A stretch of DNA of 63,735 bases, counting the filler, from Octopus bimaculoides (lineage: Eukaryota), in assembly GCF_001194135.2 (NCBI RefSeq). It is 4 parts of 4 records of this genome, joined end to end, with 100 filler letters (N's around TTAATTAATTAA, not from the genome) between each part and the next. Parts side by side here need not be neighbours in the genome. Positions count along the whole stretch, not along the records: positions 62,645 to 63,735 come from NC_068981.1; 3 more parts are not named here. One strand, 5' to 3'. Positions within the stretch are counted from its first letter, which is position 1. Every line of letters begins with the position of its first letter. Positions 63,491 through 63,735 of the stretch are shown here, piece by piece. The notes beneath the pieces were generated by a model. That model made no database searches. It had not been told where the DNA came from and was given only the letters and a program-made list of their open reading frames with translations. Position numbers and translations under genes: made by a program.

Positions 63491-63735
63491 TAGAGTATAA
63501 AAATATTAATTTTCATCCAGTAATAAACACTGTGGTAGAGGTTAGTGGGTAATCTGATTTCTATTATTTAAAGATTGGATATAACGTATGCGTATAGATT
63601 TTGATATTCACTATGCATGGGATACATCCAAGGATACACACATAGACACACACACACATTGATACACACACACATGTATAGCCATACACAAATGGAAGGA
63701 CGGATATATATGTGTGTTTATATATATATATATAT

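Overview
Animal genomic DNA, draft assembly with many N gaps; the SINE families and extreme microsatellite density suggest an octopus genome (inference). The window is mostly decayed mobile DNA: four RTE-clade LINE copies, Penelope-like elements (PLEs), Tc1/mariner/pogo-type DNA transposons and MITEs, RLE-type and L1/Tx1-type LINE fragments, two tRNA-derived SINE families and a 2.1-kb 29-bp minisatellite. Phase-compatible candidate exons of an unrecognised host gene lie on the minus strand (3.8-13.8 kb, and a weaker set at 33.7-51.0 kb). The most unusual signal is a set of minimal hammerhead-ribozyme motifs (five between 7.2 and 10.7 kb, one at 62.7 kb), each with a different palindromic stem III. 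Two of them are fused head-to-head in a 144-bp palindrome. All four RTE copies also carry remnants of a PHD-like C4HC3 zinc finger inserted at the end of the RT domain. Three 100-bp gaps contain a TTAATTAATTAA linker and mark artificial joins, so contiguity across 30.2, 54.0 and 62.6 kb is not assured. TE boundaries are approximate unless a TSD is cited. No database searches were run.
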